DNA from: an uncultured Lentisphaerales bacterium
Lineage (GTDB): Bacteria > Verrucomicrobiota > Lentisphaeria > JABSQK01 > UBA12247
Length of the DNA: 64,000 nucleotides
Assembly (NCBI GenBank): GCA_943788985.1
Contig: CALSSJ010000023.1
Coordinates: 96,001-160,000, forward strand
Direction of reading: 5' to 3'
In this document: in pieces, positions 9,573-20,433 of the stretch
Position numbering within the stretch: position 1 is the stretch's first letter
How the letters are laid out: each line of letters starts with the position of its first letter
Program-made: the position numbers and the translations under genes
Notes under the pieces: model-generated
The model's database searches: none
Told to the model about the DNA's origin: nothing
What the model saw: the letters and a program-made list of their open reading frames with translations, nothing else

Positions 9573-10046
9573 TCAGGCAAGTTTGCCAATCGTGAGCATC
9601 AGAAAGACCATCACAAAGAGACCCACGGATTCGATAATTCCGAGCACCATAATGAAGTTACCAAGGCCTTTTCCGGTCTCTCCGACTGCATCGGCGGCAG
9701 CTGCGGCAGCCTTCCCCTGCATCAGCGCCGACAGACCAATGGCGATTCCGCCAAAGATCCCGGCAGCGATCAGATGCGTAAAGTTCGCGCCCAGCGTACC
9801 GGCAGCGACAAGCTCACTGGCCTCTTTGCTTAGTGCCTTCATCAGCAGCAAGCCATAGATCGTCTGAGACAGCGGAGCCCCAACGAATGCGATGAGAATA
9901 AACGGCAAGCCCCGATCTTCAAGGATGCAGCGCTTCCAGGCGCCAATCGCTGCCAGGCCTGCAATTCCCGTACCAAAACATGACCCTGCGGCAGACAGAC
10001 TAATTGCGGCAGACACGCCGACATTTCCCCAAACTTCGATACTCAT
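9573..10046 (-). CDS. atpK: V/A-type ATPase subunit K (4-TM proteolipid)
   Basis: Four hydrophobic helices; 'APLSQTIYG', 'MQGKAAA' and 'LGIIESVGLF'; last gene of the operon. Confidence 0.92.
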   Translation of the reverse strand: MSIEVWGNVGVSAAISLSAAGSCFGTGIAGLAAIGAWKRCILEDRGLPFILIAFVGAPLSQTIYGLLLMKALSKEASELVAAGTLGANFTHLIAAGIFGGIAIGLSALMQGKAAAAAADAVGETGKGLGNFIMVLGIIESVGLFVMVFLMLTIGKLA

Positions 10047-11839
10047 TGCGATTCTCCTTCTCCGGATGTGATGGTTAATGGTGCGTACTCACTGCCAGAC
10101 CACTGGATGCCGACATGTCCCGAGTACTCAAGCAGATTCAAACGAACGCCATGGACCACGACTGCCAGCGCGGCCAAGATCATGTTGACAGCATGCCCAA
10201 CGACCAAGATCAAGACTGCGGCACCTGCGGCCACTGCCCCCTTGCCGAGCCCGGCTGCTATTTCATTAAAACTCGCGGCAATGGCGAATGTGGCCATGCC
10301 TGCGGCGAAGAGACGGATGTAGCTGACAATGTCCGCAAAGCAGGCGATTACCTTGCCAAGCAGTTCGGCTAGTCCCAGCCCGATCGTCTTGAAAATATTC
10401 TTGCTTGGGGCGGTGAAGAAGAGGATAAAGCTAGCCCCGCCCACCATCAGCCAGCGCGCCGGATCCGGCAATGGTGCGTCCATTACCATCAGTCGCACGA
10501 CGAAATACATCCCCCAGACGAACAACATCCAGCCCAGTTCGCCCAGTGCCCGCAACGAGTTAGACATCCGCATCGCGGCCAGAGCATGCGCCAGCGACAG
10601 GTGCGTGGCCCCAATGATGAAGCAGATTTCCATCATCGGCCCGGTGCTGTCCTGTTCGAGACTGAACACATCAAGCGATGCGATCGTCATCGAATCGACC
10701 CACGGAAGCGCGCGGAGCCCGCTCGAGCCAAACCAGTTCCCGGTAATCGCGCCCCAGATGACAGTCACAATGCCGAAAACAAAGCCCAAATTCAACAGTT
10801 CTCGCGGCGGAGTCTTGAGCTTGATATAGAGGCCAGCACACATCACCATGATCAGAACACCGTAGCCAGCATCGCCGATCAGGATCGCGAAAAACAGCGT
10901 CAGAAACAGCATGAAGCTTCTGCTGATGTCCACCTCGGCATAGCCCGGAAAGACATTGATCATCTTAAACACCGCGCCGATCCCGTCCAACCAGGCTGGG
11001 TTGCGGATCAGTGTTGGGGGCTCGTGGTGTTCATAAGGATCATCCACGACAATCGCCCAACCATGCTCTGTAGCCGCGGATTGCACCGCTTCCACTTGGT
11101 CGAATGGGATAAAACCGTGCAGGTAGCGCACCACCGATTTCTCAGGCATCGCCATCGCGACCAGAGCGAGCTTCAGGCGGTCCTCTGCTACCAGCCATGC
11201 CTTTTCCAGCTGGTCTCGAAGCGCAGCAAGCTCACTCATTCGTGCTCTTGCAGCCTCTATCTGTCGCTCCATGTCCGCAAGGTTATCGCGGAGGGAGGAA
11301 AGCGATGCCGATGGCAGTTCTAATTCGTTAAGCGGCAGCGTTGCTGGCTCACCGCGTTGAATAGTCGCCACGTAGACCGTGCGCTTTTCTCGGCCGATTA
11401 TCTGAATCGGCACCTCGCTGGGGATCTCGGCCAGTTGCTTTTCATCTCCGGAATACAGCCGTACGTGCACCCCAGCGCTCGGCGCCAGCGCCTGCAAGGC
11501 GGCTGGGTCGAAATCACCAAGAGGCGAATATTGCTGAATCGTAGTCGCCAGCGTCCGGCCTTCCTTCTGGCCTTCCGAGATCTGCTCGCGAAGCGTCAGA
11601 ATTTCGCCAGCTATGGCCGCTGCGCAGTCCACAGATTCGCGCTGTTCAACCTTCGGCAATCTGTCCAGCTGGCGGACAGCCTGGGCAAACTTATTCACCT
11701 CGGCGCGGAGTTCGCTCGGATCACTCTCTGGGTGGTCCATATCCAAATGAAGTGTTCCTAACGCGGCCAGATGCTGTACTGCATCCGCTGTATCCTCGCT
11801 GCGCACAATCACCGTGACGTGCTTCATGGGTACGATCAT
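10043..11839 (-). CDS. atpI: V/A-type ATPase subunit I
   Basis: 'MIVPMKHV', 'PPTLIRNP', 'FFAILIGDAGYG', 'DIVSYIRLFA' and 'HGVRLNLLEYS'. Confidence 0.95.
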   Translation of the reverse strand: MIVPMKHVTVIVRSEDTADAVQHLAALGTLHLDMDHPESDPSELRAEVNKFAQAVRQLDRLPKVEQRESVDCAAAIAGEILTLREQISEGQKEGRTLATTIQQYSPLGDFDPAALQALAPSAGVHVRLYSGDEKQLAEIPSEVPIQIIGREKRTVYVATIQRGEPATLPLNELELPSASLSSLRDNLADMERQIEAARARMSELAALRDQLEKAWLVAEDRLKLALVAMAMPEKSVVRYLHGFIPFDQVEAVQSAATEHGWAIVVDDPYEHHEPPTLIRNPAWLDGIGAVFKMINVFPGYAEVDISRSFMLFLTLFFAILIGDAGYGVLIMVMCAGLYIKLKTPPRELLNLGFVFGIVTVIWGAITGNWFGSSGLRALPWVDSMTIASLDVFSLEQDSTGPMMEICFIIGATHLSLAHALAAMRMSNSLRALGELGWMLFVWGMYFVVRLMVMDAPLPDPARWLMVGGASFILFFTAPSKNIFKTIGLGLAELLGKVIACFADIVSYIRLFAAGMATFAIAASFNEIAAGLGKGAVAAGAAVLILVVGHAVNMILAALAVVVHGVRLNLLEYSGHVGIQWSGSEYAPLTITSGEGESQ

Positions 11840-12435
11840 GCCGCGCTCCGGAGCTTCTTTTTCGAAATCTTACCGCGCACCACAGCCGCGGTTTGTTGAT
11901 CGCCGAGAAATAGCTGAATATTTCGAATATTGTGCTTTGTCTGTGGAATCATAACCTTCTCGAACAGGTTTACCCGTTGCGAGGTAACCCGAAGTTCCTC
12001 AGCGATGAGCGTTTCCTGCTCCTCCAGCACCACGATAGTGGATTGTAGCTCAAACAGCTCTTTGATCGCGCGGATGGCGCGATCGAACCACAGCGGCTTC
12101 TCGAACAGGTCATAACGCAAGTCCGCAAAGGTCACCCCTTCGAACACAGGGATGTCCACGCCAGCGATGTTTCCAGTGCCTCGGCTGATACTTTCTATCT
12201 GGATAAAATCCCCGACCGACGGGTCATCATTCAATAACCCGATCCAAGACGTCGTGGCCGCCGTCAGCGCGTCCAAACGCACACGCGTCGTCTCCGCCTC
12301 GCTACGGATACGCCGAAGCTCCACAGTCAGCTGTGTCTTCTTCAATTCAAGCATCGGCAGATACCGCTTGAAGCGCTTCAGTTCGTCTTTACAACGCTTC
12401 AGCTCTTGCTTGGTGAGTTTTACCTTTGCGGCCAT
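11836..12435 (-). CDS. atpD: V/A-type ATPase subunit D
   Basis: 'LTKQEL', 'YLPMLELKK' and 'LRVTSQRVNLFEKVMIP'. Confidence 0.95.
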   Translation of the reverse strand: MAAKVKLTKQELKRCKDELKRFKRYLPMLELKKTQLTVELRRIRSEAETTRVRLDALTAATTSWIGLLNDDPSVGDFIQIESISRGTGNIAGVDIPVFEGVTFADLRYDLFEKPLWFDRAIRAIKELFELQSTIVVLEEQETLIAEELRVTSQRVNLFEKVMIPQTKHNIRNIQLFLGDQQTAAVVRGKISKKKLRSAA

Positions 12436-12448
12436 GTGTGGCGCTCCT

Positions 12449-13744
12449 TCAGGCAGCCGGCCAGAACTTGTCGATCAACGCACTACGCATCCCCACTTCG
12501 TCCTTGTCAAAGCATCGTGCACAGATACTCCAGCACCGATCCAGCGCAGCTTCCAACGGAATGTTTACCGACAGGTCCATGATCTCGGCCTCGAACAGCT
12601 CGCCGAAACGCACAAGCTTGTCGTCCCAGTCACTCATTTTGAAGCCCATCGCGCGCTTCTCGAGCGTCTCGCGGGTCTGGGCATAGAGGCGAATCATCGC
12701 GTCCATGACATCACGGTGGTCTTCACGGCTATCTTTGTTGACCAGCTGCTTAAGGCGGCTCAAGGAGCCAAACGGGTCGATTCGCCCGTCGCGCAGATAG
12801 TATTGGCCTTCGGTGATGTAGCCTGTGTTGTCCGGCACGGGATGCGTGACATCGTCACCGGGCATCGTCGTCACACCAAGCGTTGTCACCGAACCAGCGC
12901 CTTCAAAGTCCACAGCCTTCTCGTAGCGTCTGGCCAACTGGCTGTACAAATCGCCCGGGTAACCGCGGTTCGATGGCACCTGCTCCATCGTGATCGCGAT
13001 CTCCTTCATGGCATCCGCAAAGTTTGTCATGTCAGTCAACAGGACCAGTACATTCTTGCCTTCGACCGCGAAGCGTTCGGCGACAGTAAGCGCCATATCC
13101 GGGACAAGCAGGCATTCTACGACTGGGTCTGCCGCCGTATGCACGAAGAATATAGAATTCCCCAGCGCGCCACCGTCTTCGAGCGTCTGCTTCAGCGTCA
13201 GGTAGTCATTGTACTTCAGGCCCATCCCACCGATCACGATCAAGTCCACTTCGGCCTGCATCGCGATGCGCGCCAACAGCTCGTTATACGGCTCACCAGC
13301 AATGGAAAAGATTGGCAGCTTCTGCGACATGACCAGCGTGTTAAACACGTCAATCATCGGGATGCCGGTACGAATCATCTTGCTCGGGATAATCCGGCAT
13401 GCCGGGTTTACCGACGGCGTATTGATCTCGATCATGCAGTCCGTCAGCTGCGGCCCGTTGTCCAGCGGCTGGCCTGCACCATTAAAAATTCGTCCGAGCA
13501 GATTCTCAGAGAATGAAACTTGCATGCCGTAGCCGAGGAATCGCACCTCGTCTCGCGTCGAGATCCCCGCTCCGCCGGAATACACCTGCAGGAAGACCAA
13601 GTCGCCTTCAATACGAATCACTTCTGCCAAGGCGTCGCCCTGCGCGGTGGAGACAATCGCCAACTCGCCATAAGCCACGTCATCTGCGGCCAGCGCAATG
13701 ACATTCCCGGAGACCTGGTCAATCTTTGTGTAAATTTTTTGCAT
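12449..13744 (-). CDS. atpB: V/A-type ATPase subunit B
   Basis: 'SQKLPIFS', '[11 protein letters not shown]', '[12 protein letters not shown]' and '[11 protein letters not shown]'. Confidence 0.96.
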   Translation of the reverse strand: MQKIYTKIDQVSGNVIALAADDVAYGELAIVSTAQGDALAEVIRIEGDLVFLQVYSGGAGISTRDEVRFLGYGMQVSFSENLLGRIFNGAGQPLDNGPQLTDCMIEINTPSVNPACRIIPSKMIRTGIPMIDVFNTLVMSQKLPIFSIAGEPYNELLARIAMQAEVDLIVIGGMGLKYNDYLTLKQTLEDGGALGNSIFFVHTAADPVVECLLVPDMALTVAERFAVEGKNVLVLLTDMTNFADAMKEIAITMEQVPSNRGYPGDLYSQLARRYEKAVDFEGAGSVTTLGVTTMPGDDVTHPVPDNTGYITEGQYYLRDGRIDPFGSLSRLKQLVNKDSREDHRDVMDAMIRLYAQTRETLEKRAMGFKMSDWDDKLVRFGELFEAEIMDLSVNIPLEAALDRCWSICARCFDKDEVGMRSALIDKFWPAA

Positions 13745-13746
13745 GA

Positions 13747-15471
13747 TTAGTTCCCCGACGCCAACAGTTCGGTAATCTCAGCTTCCTTCGCCCGAAACTC
13801 GTCCGAGTCCCAAGCCAAGTAATTCCAGTCCACGAATGCCTGGCGCAGCTGGTTAAAAAAGCTCCGCGCATCTTCCTTTGCCGTCACTGCGGACTTCGCG
13901 ACCAACAGATCGGACAACAGGTTGAAGACATACTTCTGTCGTTCCTCAGAGCAGTATGAGTCTACGTCATCGAACGCATTCTGCTGCAGGTAGACCGAGT
14001 CTAACAGCTCCGCCTTGAGGTACAGAATAAAGTCATCCAAGCTCACGCCTTCCTCTCCCACCACCGTCATCATCTGGCGGATTTCATCAGCGCTTTTCAT
14101 CATAGCCCGCACTGTTGCCACCCGCTGCGGGTCGACCACGCCTTGGTACTTGCTCCAACTCTCCAGCGGGTCGATTGAGGGAAAGCGTCGCGCGTCTGCC
14201 CGTGCTTTGGACAAACCATGGAATGCACCCACCACTTTGAGCGTGCTTTGCGTAACCGGCTCCTCAAAGTTACCGCCGGCCGGACTCACCGTCCCGCCGA
14301 TACTTAGCGTGCCAGTCTCTCCGTTATTCAGCTTGACCACGCCAGCCCGTTCGTAGAACGCAGCAATCCGTGATTCCAGATATGCCGGAAAGGCTTCCTC
14401 ACCCGGAATCTCCTCCAGTTTCCCGGACATCTCGCGCAGTGCCTGAGCCCAGCGGCTGGTCGAGTCCGCCAGCACCAGCACATCCAGGCCCATCTGCCGA
14501 TAGTACTCGCCTAGGGCCACCCCGGTATAGACCGACGCTTCACGCGCTGCGGTCGGCATTGAGCTCGTATTACAAATCACAATCGTACGCTCCATCAAGC
14601 TGCGGCCCGTTCGCGGGTCGATCAGCTCAGGAAACTCTTGCATCAACTCCACCACCTCACCGGCGCGCTCACCGCAGGCGGCCACGATCACAATATCGAC
14701 CGTAGCATGGCGGCTCGTGATGTGCTGCAGCACCGTCTTGCCAGCACCAAACGGCCCCGGAATACAGAACGTGCCGCCCTTCACAACTGGAAAGAACGTA
14801 TCGATCGCCCGGGTACCAATCACCAGTGGTTCTTCCGGCATCAAGCGCTCTTGAAACGCCTCGACCGACAACTTCACCGGCCAGTCAAACGACATCGTGA
14901 CCAGATGGTCAAAGCCATCCTCGCCCTTCAGCACTGCCACCGTGTCGTCGATCTTATACTGGCCCTTCTGGACCAGTGAGTGAATCGTAAAGGCGCCGCG
15001 GAAGTGAAACGGCACCATAATCTTGTGCTCGAACAGCCCTTCCTGGACCCAGCCCAGCCAGTCTCCTGCCCGGACCGTATCACCTTCTACCATCAGCGGC
15101 TCAAACGTCCAGGATTTGCTGCCATCAAGCGGCGGCAGCGAAATGCCACGTTTCAGAAAGACACCATGTGCGTCGGCCAGTTTATTGAGTGGGTTCTGCA
15201 GCCCGTCATAGGTCATACCCAGCAAACCTGGGCCCACCTGCACAGACAGCAGTTGACCGGTGAACTCCACGCGATCCCCGCGCTTCAGCCCCGCCGTGTC
15301 CTCAAACACCTGCAGCTCTGCTTTATTGCCACGGATGCGGATCACTTCCGCCTTCAGTCGTTCTTCGCCGCGCACAGCGTAGGCGACCTCATTCTGACGG
15401 ACATAACTGTCGAACAACACGCCGATCAGATTTCCGTTGATCGATTCGATCTTCCCGGTTTGGACTGCCAT
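13747..15471 (-). CDS. atpA: V/A-type ATPase subunit A (catalytic)
   Basis: P-loop 'GPFGAGKT', 'CGERAGE', '[13 protein letters not shown]' and '[13 protein letters not shown]'. Confidence 0.97.
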   Translation of the reverse strand: MAVQTGKIESINGNLIGVLFDSYVRQNEVAYAVRGEERLKAEVIRIRGNKAELQVFEDTAGLKRGDRVEFTGQLLSVQVGPGLLGMTYDGLQNPLNKLADAHGVFLKRGISLPPLDGSKSWTFEPLMVEGDTVRAGDWLGWVQEGLFEHKIMVPFHFRGAFTIHSLVQKGQYKIDDTVAVLKGEDGFDHLVTMSFDWPVKLSVEAFQERLMPEEPLVIGTRAIDTFFPVVKGGTFCIPGPFGAGKTVLQHITSRHATVDIVIVAACGERAGEVVELMQEFPELIDPRTGRSLMERTIVICNTSSMPTAAREASVYTGVALGEYYRQMGLDVLVLADSTSRWAQALREMSGKLEEIPGEEAFPAYLESRIAAFYERAGVVKLNNGETGTLSIGGTVSPAGGNFEEPVTQSTLKVVGAFHGLSKARADARRFPSIDPLESWSKYQGVVDPQRVATVRAMMKSADEIRQMMTVVGEEGVSLDDFILYLKAELLDSVYLQQNAFDDVDSYCSEERQKYVFNLLSDLLVAKSAVTAKEDARSFFNQLRQAFVDWNYLAWDSDEFRAKEAEITELLASGN

Positions 15472-15477
15472 TCCGCG

Positions 15478-15999
15478 TTACTCCCGATTCATGATACCGG
15501 CCAGAACCTCGCGGCCACGTTCTACGTCGAACCGTGCCCAGCGTTCCAGCAATTGTAGTTGCAGGCGATAAATCACCACGCCAATAAGATCAAAACCCGC
15601 CTGCCCTGCCTGCAGGTCGTGTAAAAAGCGCCATCGCGCCTTGTCGAGCAAGCGCTCGCCCTCTAGCGGGCTCGGCGCCTCGACCACGCCAGTCAGCCAG
15701 GCATACGACGTATTCGCCATCGGGACAGCCCGATGCGAATCCCGTGCCGGCCAGGAAAGCTTTCTTGCCCGCAGCGCGGCCAGAGAGTTGCGCACGCCCG
15801 CATCCCAATCACGCCACCGCGTCAACACAGGGTGCTCCGAAGCACACAGCTCCAGCGTCGCGCTGTCCACCAACGCATAGTCCGCATCACCCAGCTGCGT
15901 CCGGCAAGTCGCCAAGAATTCCTCCGAAGCCACAGGGGGCTTTCCCGGAAATTTCAGGCTCGGTAAGCTTGCCAGCAGATAATAACAGTCGAGACGCAT
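15478..15999 (-). CDS. V/A-type ATPase subunit C-like (DUF2764 family)
   Basis: 'YYLLASLPSL' and 'PLEGERLLDKARWRFL..F....YRLQLQLLERW'; positioned between E and A. Confidence 0.85.
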   Translation of the reverse strand: MRLDCYYLLASLPSLKFPGKPPVASEEFLATCRTQLGDADYALVDSATLELCASEHPVLTRWRDWDAGVRNSLAALRARKLSWPARDSHRAVPMANTSYAWLTGVVEAPSPLEGERLLDKARWRFLHDLQAGQAGFDLIGVVIYRLQLQLLERWARFDVERGREVLAGIMNRE

Positions 16000-16001
16000 G
16001 C

Positions 16002-16616
16002 TTATTTCTCGCGAATTAGCTCCGCGAGCTTCGAGTTCAGAAACGCTGCCACGATGTCACTCAGTCCTGCGCCAGTGAAATCCCATTGCACGTTACCTTC
16101 CCCGCGGCTGATGCGGAATCCGCTCGTCACTTGTCGGTGGGGCTGAATCGTACAATTCTCCAGCTCTTTCGTCAGCCGGTCGCCGAAGTGCTTCGCCAGC
16201 GCCTCCGCGTCCTGCTCGCCCACCAGCACCTGAAACTCCCCGCCGCCGGACTGCGTCCAAGTCTTCACGCAAGTTTCCAGCATCGTCCCGACCTGTGCTG
16301 GCGTCAGGGCCGCGGTCAGGTCTTGCCGGATCAAGCGACCCAGGATCGCCTGCAACTCACCTGTCAGGCTGAGAATCAAGTCTCGGCCCGCCTGTTGAAG
16401 TGCCTGATTCGATCGCGTTTCAAGCTGCGCCGCCGCCGCTTCCGCATCGCTCAGCTTCTGCTTTGCTTTTGCATCTGCGTCTAAAATAGTTTTCCGGGCT
16501 ATCGCCTCGGCATCTGCGATAATTTGCTCGGCCTGTTTTTTGGCTTCGCCAACACCGTCTTCATTGATCTTCTGAATCAACGCATCAAGCTGCACATCCA
16601 CGGTTGCTCTCTCCAT
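16002..16616 (-). CDS. atpE: V/A-type ATPase subunit E
   Basis: 'LDALIQKINEDGVGEA...A..II..A', 'ALQQAGRDLIL' and 'SGFRI......WDFT'; first gene of the operon. Confidence 0.9.
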   Translation of the reverse strand: MERATVDVQLDALIQKINEDGVGEAKKQAEQIIADAEAIARKTILDADAKAKQKLSDAEAAAAQLETRSNQALQQAGRDLILSLTGELQAILGRLIRQDLTAALTPAQVGTMLETCVKTWTQSGGGEFQVLVGEQDAEALAKHFGDRLTKELENCTIQPHRQVTSGFRISRGEGNVQWDFTGAGLSDIVAAFLNSKLAELIREK

Positions 16617-16770
16617 TTGAGATTTGTGCGCGTGAGAGAAAGCCCGGTACTATCCGGGCGTGCGAGGAGTCCGCAATGGCTGCACGGCCCTTTATTCTAT
16701 AGATTGCGCGCACGCCCCACAGAAGTAGGCCTATAGTTGCCCTGTCGTTCGGCAAACTCCCAGGCAAGAT

Positions 16771-18241
16771 ATGACGCATTCTTCATCAACAGCTTCACCA
16801 ACTCTGTTTCAGTGCCAGAGTCGGCTGGGAAATCTAGTTGCGGAGTTCGCAACAGCCGACTGCCCCGTGCGGCGGGTGGTAGCCGACTCGCGCCAGGTGA
16901 TGCCGGGGGATCTATTCGTGGCCATCTCCGGTAGCACCGTGGATGGCTGCCGGTTCATCGATGACGCCATAGCCAAAGGGGCAGCAGGGGTGCTATATGA
17001 GGGATCCTCTCGTCTAGTCTCGGTGCCAGCCATCCGGGTTGCCGACAGTTACCGAGCTTGGGGCATTCTTGCGGAGTTCGCAAACTCTGATCTAGCCCGC
17101 CGCCTCACCTGGCTGGGCGTCACCGGAACCAACGGCAAATCTACCACCGCGCTGCTGTTGCAACATCTCCTGCGGCACGGCGGCCTGCGTTGCGGCCTGA
17201 TCAGCACCATTCACTACGACCTCGGCGATGGTGCCGAGCTTGAGGCCGACCGGACCACGCCGATGCCGGAGACCTTTCAGCAACTCGCCGCCGAGATGGT
17301 GGGTAACGGCTGCACCCACGCCGTCACCGAGGTCTCCAGCCATGCCCTGGCGCAGGGCCGAATGGGCCAGCTGCCATTTGCAGTAGCGGGGTTTACCAAT
17401 CTCACCCGCGATCATCTGGACTACCATCTGGACATGGAGCAGTACTTCGCAGCCAAGTCAAGGCTATTCCGGGACCATCTGAGCGGCTCTGCCGTAATCA
17501 TGACCGACTGCCCTTGGGGGCAACGCCTTGCGGAGTTCGCAACCCAACCAGTGACCTGCGCCCTGACGCGGGCGGCAGATTGGCGGCCTACGAACGTAAA
17601 GATGCGCGCGCACAGCACGCGCTTTCGCCTTCATGGCCAAGCAGTTGAGACGCCGCTGGTCGGGCCCTTCAACATTGCCAATACCGTCCTCGCGATCGCC
17701 ATGGCTGTCGAGGCCGGGATCCCCATCGCCCAAGTGTGTGCTGCAGTTGCGGCGTTCGCAGGCGTCCCGGGTCGGCTCGAGCACATTTCGGGCCCGCCGC
17801 CTAGCCCGACGGTCTTGGTCGACTATGCGCATACGGACGACGCACTCACCAATGTGCTGGCTGCAGCCCGTGAGCTGACCGCCGGTCGACTCATCGTGGT
17901 CTTCGGCTGCGGCGGCAACCGCGATCGCGGCAAGCGACCGCGGATGGCACAGGCGGCTGAGCATGGCGCGGACGTCGTCATCGTCACCAGCGATAATCCG
18001 CGCGGCGAAGCGCCCACGCAGATTCTGGCGGACATTCGTGCGGGGTTTGCAAAACCAGCCCTTGTCCAAGAGATCTGCGATCGGCGCGAAGCAATCGTTG
18101 CCGCAATCGCCAAAGCCAGGCCTGACGATGTGGTGTTTGATTGCCGGAAAGGGGCACGAGACCTACCAGGAGGTTTGCGGAATTCGCAACCCCTTTGATG
18201 ATCGGCAGGTGGTAAAGGAAGCGCTAGGCGCAACTTCTTAG
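16771..18241 (+). CDS. murE: UDP-MurNAc-tripeptide synthetase (meso-DAP ligase), with an apparent frameshift at ~18137
   Basis: 'DSRQV', '[10 protein letters not shown]', 'EVSSHAL', '[11 protein letters not shown]', 'VDYAHT', 'FGCGGNRD' and the DAP-specific 'DNPR'. The conserved C-terminus '[11 protein letters not shown]...FDDR' is in another frame and ends at 18241. Confidence 0.93.
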
Positions 18242-18304
18242 CACATTTGAAGTCTTAGTTGGTCGGCCTAGCGATCTCAGATTATACACAGGATACTTTT
18301 TCAC

Positions 18305-18983
18305 ATGTTCTACTTGCTCATTATTATGATTCCGGGGCTATTGGCAGCGGCCCTGACCAAATCGACCTTTGCCAAATACTCGCGCATTGGCGCCCAACGC
18401 GGGCTGACCGGTGCAGAAGCTGCGCAGGCAATGCTGCGTCGCGCTGGTGTCTCCGGCTGCCGGATCGAGCCACATCGCGGATTTCTGAGCGACCACTATG
18501 ATCCAAGAGCGAAGGCGCTGCGTTTGTCGGAGGGCGTGTTCTACGGGCAGTCGCTGTCTTCTATCGGGGGTGGGCCCCCCTGCCATGAAGCAGGGCACGC
18601 GATTCAGGATGCCGAGAACTACGGCCCCCTTGGACTGCGCTCCGGGTTGGTGCCAGTCACCCAGGTCTGCGGGCAAACCTGGATATTCCTGATTATGGCT
18701 GGCATGCTCCTGCATGTTCCTGGGCTCTATATGGTGGGCCTGCTGATGCTGGCGGTAAGCGTCCTGTTCGCCATCGTCACGCTCCCCGGTCGAGTGGGAT
18801 GCCAGCAGGCGGGCCAAACTGGCCATGGCTGACGCAGGCTTTCTGGTAGGTGAGGAGAACCGTGGCGCCGCAAAGGTGCTGAATGCCGCGTTTCTGACCT
18901 ACCTTGCCGCGGCGGTAACGTCTATGTTCATGCTGCTTTACTACGCGCTCCCGCTGCTTGGCGGCGGAAGAAGTAACGACTAA
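18305..18983 (+). CDS. Membrane zinc metallopeptidase (YugP / Zn_peptidase_2-like), with apparent indels
   Basis: 'LTGAEAA..ML', 'LSDHYDP', HExxH in 'HEAGHAIQ'. After a frameshift at ~18788 it continues 'PVEWDASRRA...AAKVLNAAFLTYLAAA' to TAA at 18981-18983. Confidence 0.88.
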
Positions 18984-19025
18984 GATCCCGGCGAGGCCTG
19001 GGAACAACTGGGAGAACGCCTCACA

Positions 19026-20412
19026 ATGAGGATGGAGAAAGATGCCCTCGGGCCAGTAGAAGTACCAGATGGCGCCTATTTTGGTGCGCAGACGCAGCGT
19101 GCCTGCGAGAACTTTCAGGTCGGAAACGAGCGCCTTCCGAGCGAGTTCATTCAGGCTCATGCCTTGGTCAAGAAAGCGGCAGCGATCGTCAATTGTGAGC
19201 TGGGTGGCCTAGATGCGGAGATCGCAACTGTCATTCAGGGCCCGCGGCTGATGAGGTGATCGCCGGGAAGTTCGACGCACACTTCCCGCTGGTGATCTGG
19301 CAGAGCGGCAGCGGCACGCAGTCGAACATGAATGTAAACGAAGTCATCGCGAACCGGGCGATTGAGATGATGGGCGGCACGATCGGGACCAAGTCTCCGG
19401 TGCATCCAAACGACCATGTGAATATGTCACAGTCCACTAATGATACCGTCCCGACATCCATTCATGTGGCCGCGGTCACGGCGATCGAGAACGACCTCCT
19501 TCCGGCGCTCAAGTCTCTCGCCGAAGTGTTCGAAGATAAGTCTGCGAAGTTCGCAGACATCGTCAAGATTGGGCGGACGCATCTGCAGGATGCGACGCCG
19601 TTGACTTTGGGCCAGGAGTTCTCTGGCTACGCAGCCCAATTGCGTGCTGCTGCCGGTGGTATCCAAGGCGTGCTGCCCCAGCTGCGTGAGCTGGCCGTGG
19701 GTGGCACTGCCGTCGGCACCGGTCTGAACACACGCACGGCCTACGCCACACGCATGGCAGAAGTCATCAGCGAGCTGAGTGGCCATGCCTTCGTCTCAGC
19801 CCCGAACAAATTCGCCGGGCTGGCTGCACATGATGCAGTCGTAGCCTGCTCAGGCTCGCTCAAAACGCTGGCCGCGGCAATGATGAAGATCGCAAACGAT
19901 TTGCGTTGGCTTGGCAGCGGTCCCCGTTGCGGCCTCGGCGAGCTACGCCTGCCCGCCAACGAGCCAGGCAGCTCAATCATGCCGGGCAAGGTCAATCCCA
20001 CGCAGTGTGAAATGGTCACTCAGGTAGCCTGCCAGGTCATGGGCAACGATACCACCATTACGATCGCTGGTAGTCAGGGAAACTTCGAACTGAACGTGTT
20101 CAAGCCACTGCTGGGCCCAACGCACTGCAGCAATCGATTCGGCTGCTTGCCACGGCCTGCGATTCTTTTGAGCGGCACTGCGTCTGCGGGATCGAGGCCG
20201 ATCGCAATAAGATCCAGGAGCATCTGACCAATTCATTGATGCTGGTCACCGCACTCAACCGTCATATCGGCTATGACAAGGCTGCGGAGATTGCACTCAA
20301 AGCATGGCGAGAGGAGCTGACGCTCAAGCAAGCTGCGTTAGCGCTCGAGTACCTGACCGACGCGGAGTTCGCAGCATGGGTTCGCCCTGAAGAAATGGTT
20401 TCTCCTACCTGA
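19026..20412 (+). CDS. fumC: Class II fumarate hydratase, with apparent frameshifts at ~19240 and ~20115
   Basis: '[18 protein letters not shown]', '[16 protein letters not shown]', '[12 protein letters not shown]' and '[15 protein letters not shown]'. The C-terminal '[18 protein letters not shown]' is in a third segment ending at TGA 20410-20412. Confidence 0.93.
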
Positions 20413-20433
20413 GAAACTGTATCGGAACCCTGA

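Noticed and set aside
12152..13516. 454-aa plus-strand ORF (and similarly 7015-7899 and 26716-27606)
   Set aside because: Antisense to well-supported genes (V-ATPase B/D, ahcY and the PfkB kinase, pyk).
16771..20412. murE, Zn peptidase and fumC as true pseudogenes
   Set aside because: All conserved motifs are intact on both sides of small homopolymer-type insertions and there are no other signs of decay; they are treated as functional genes with sequence errors.
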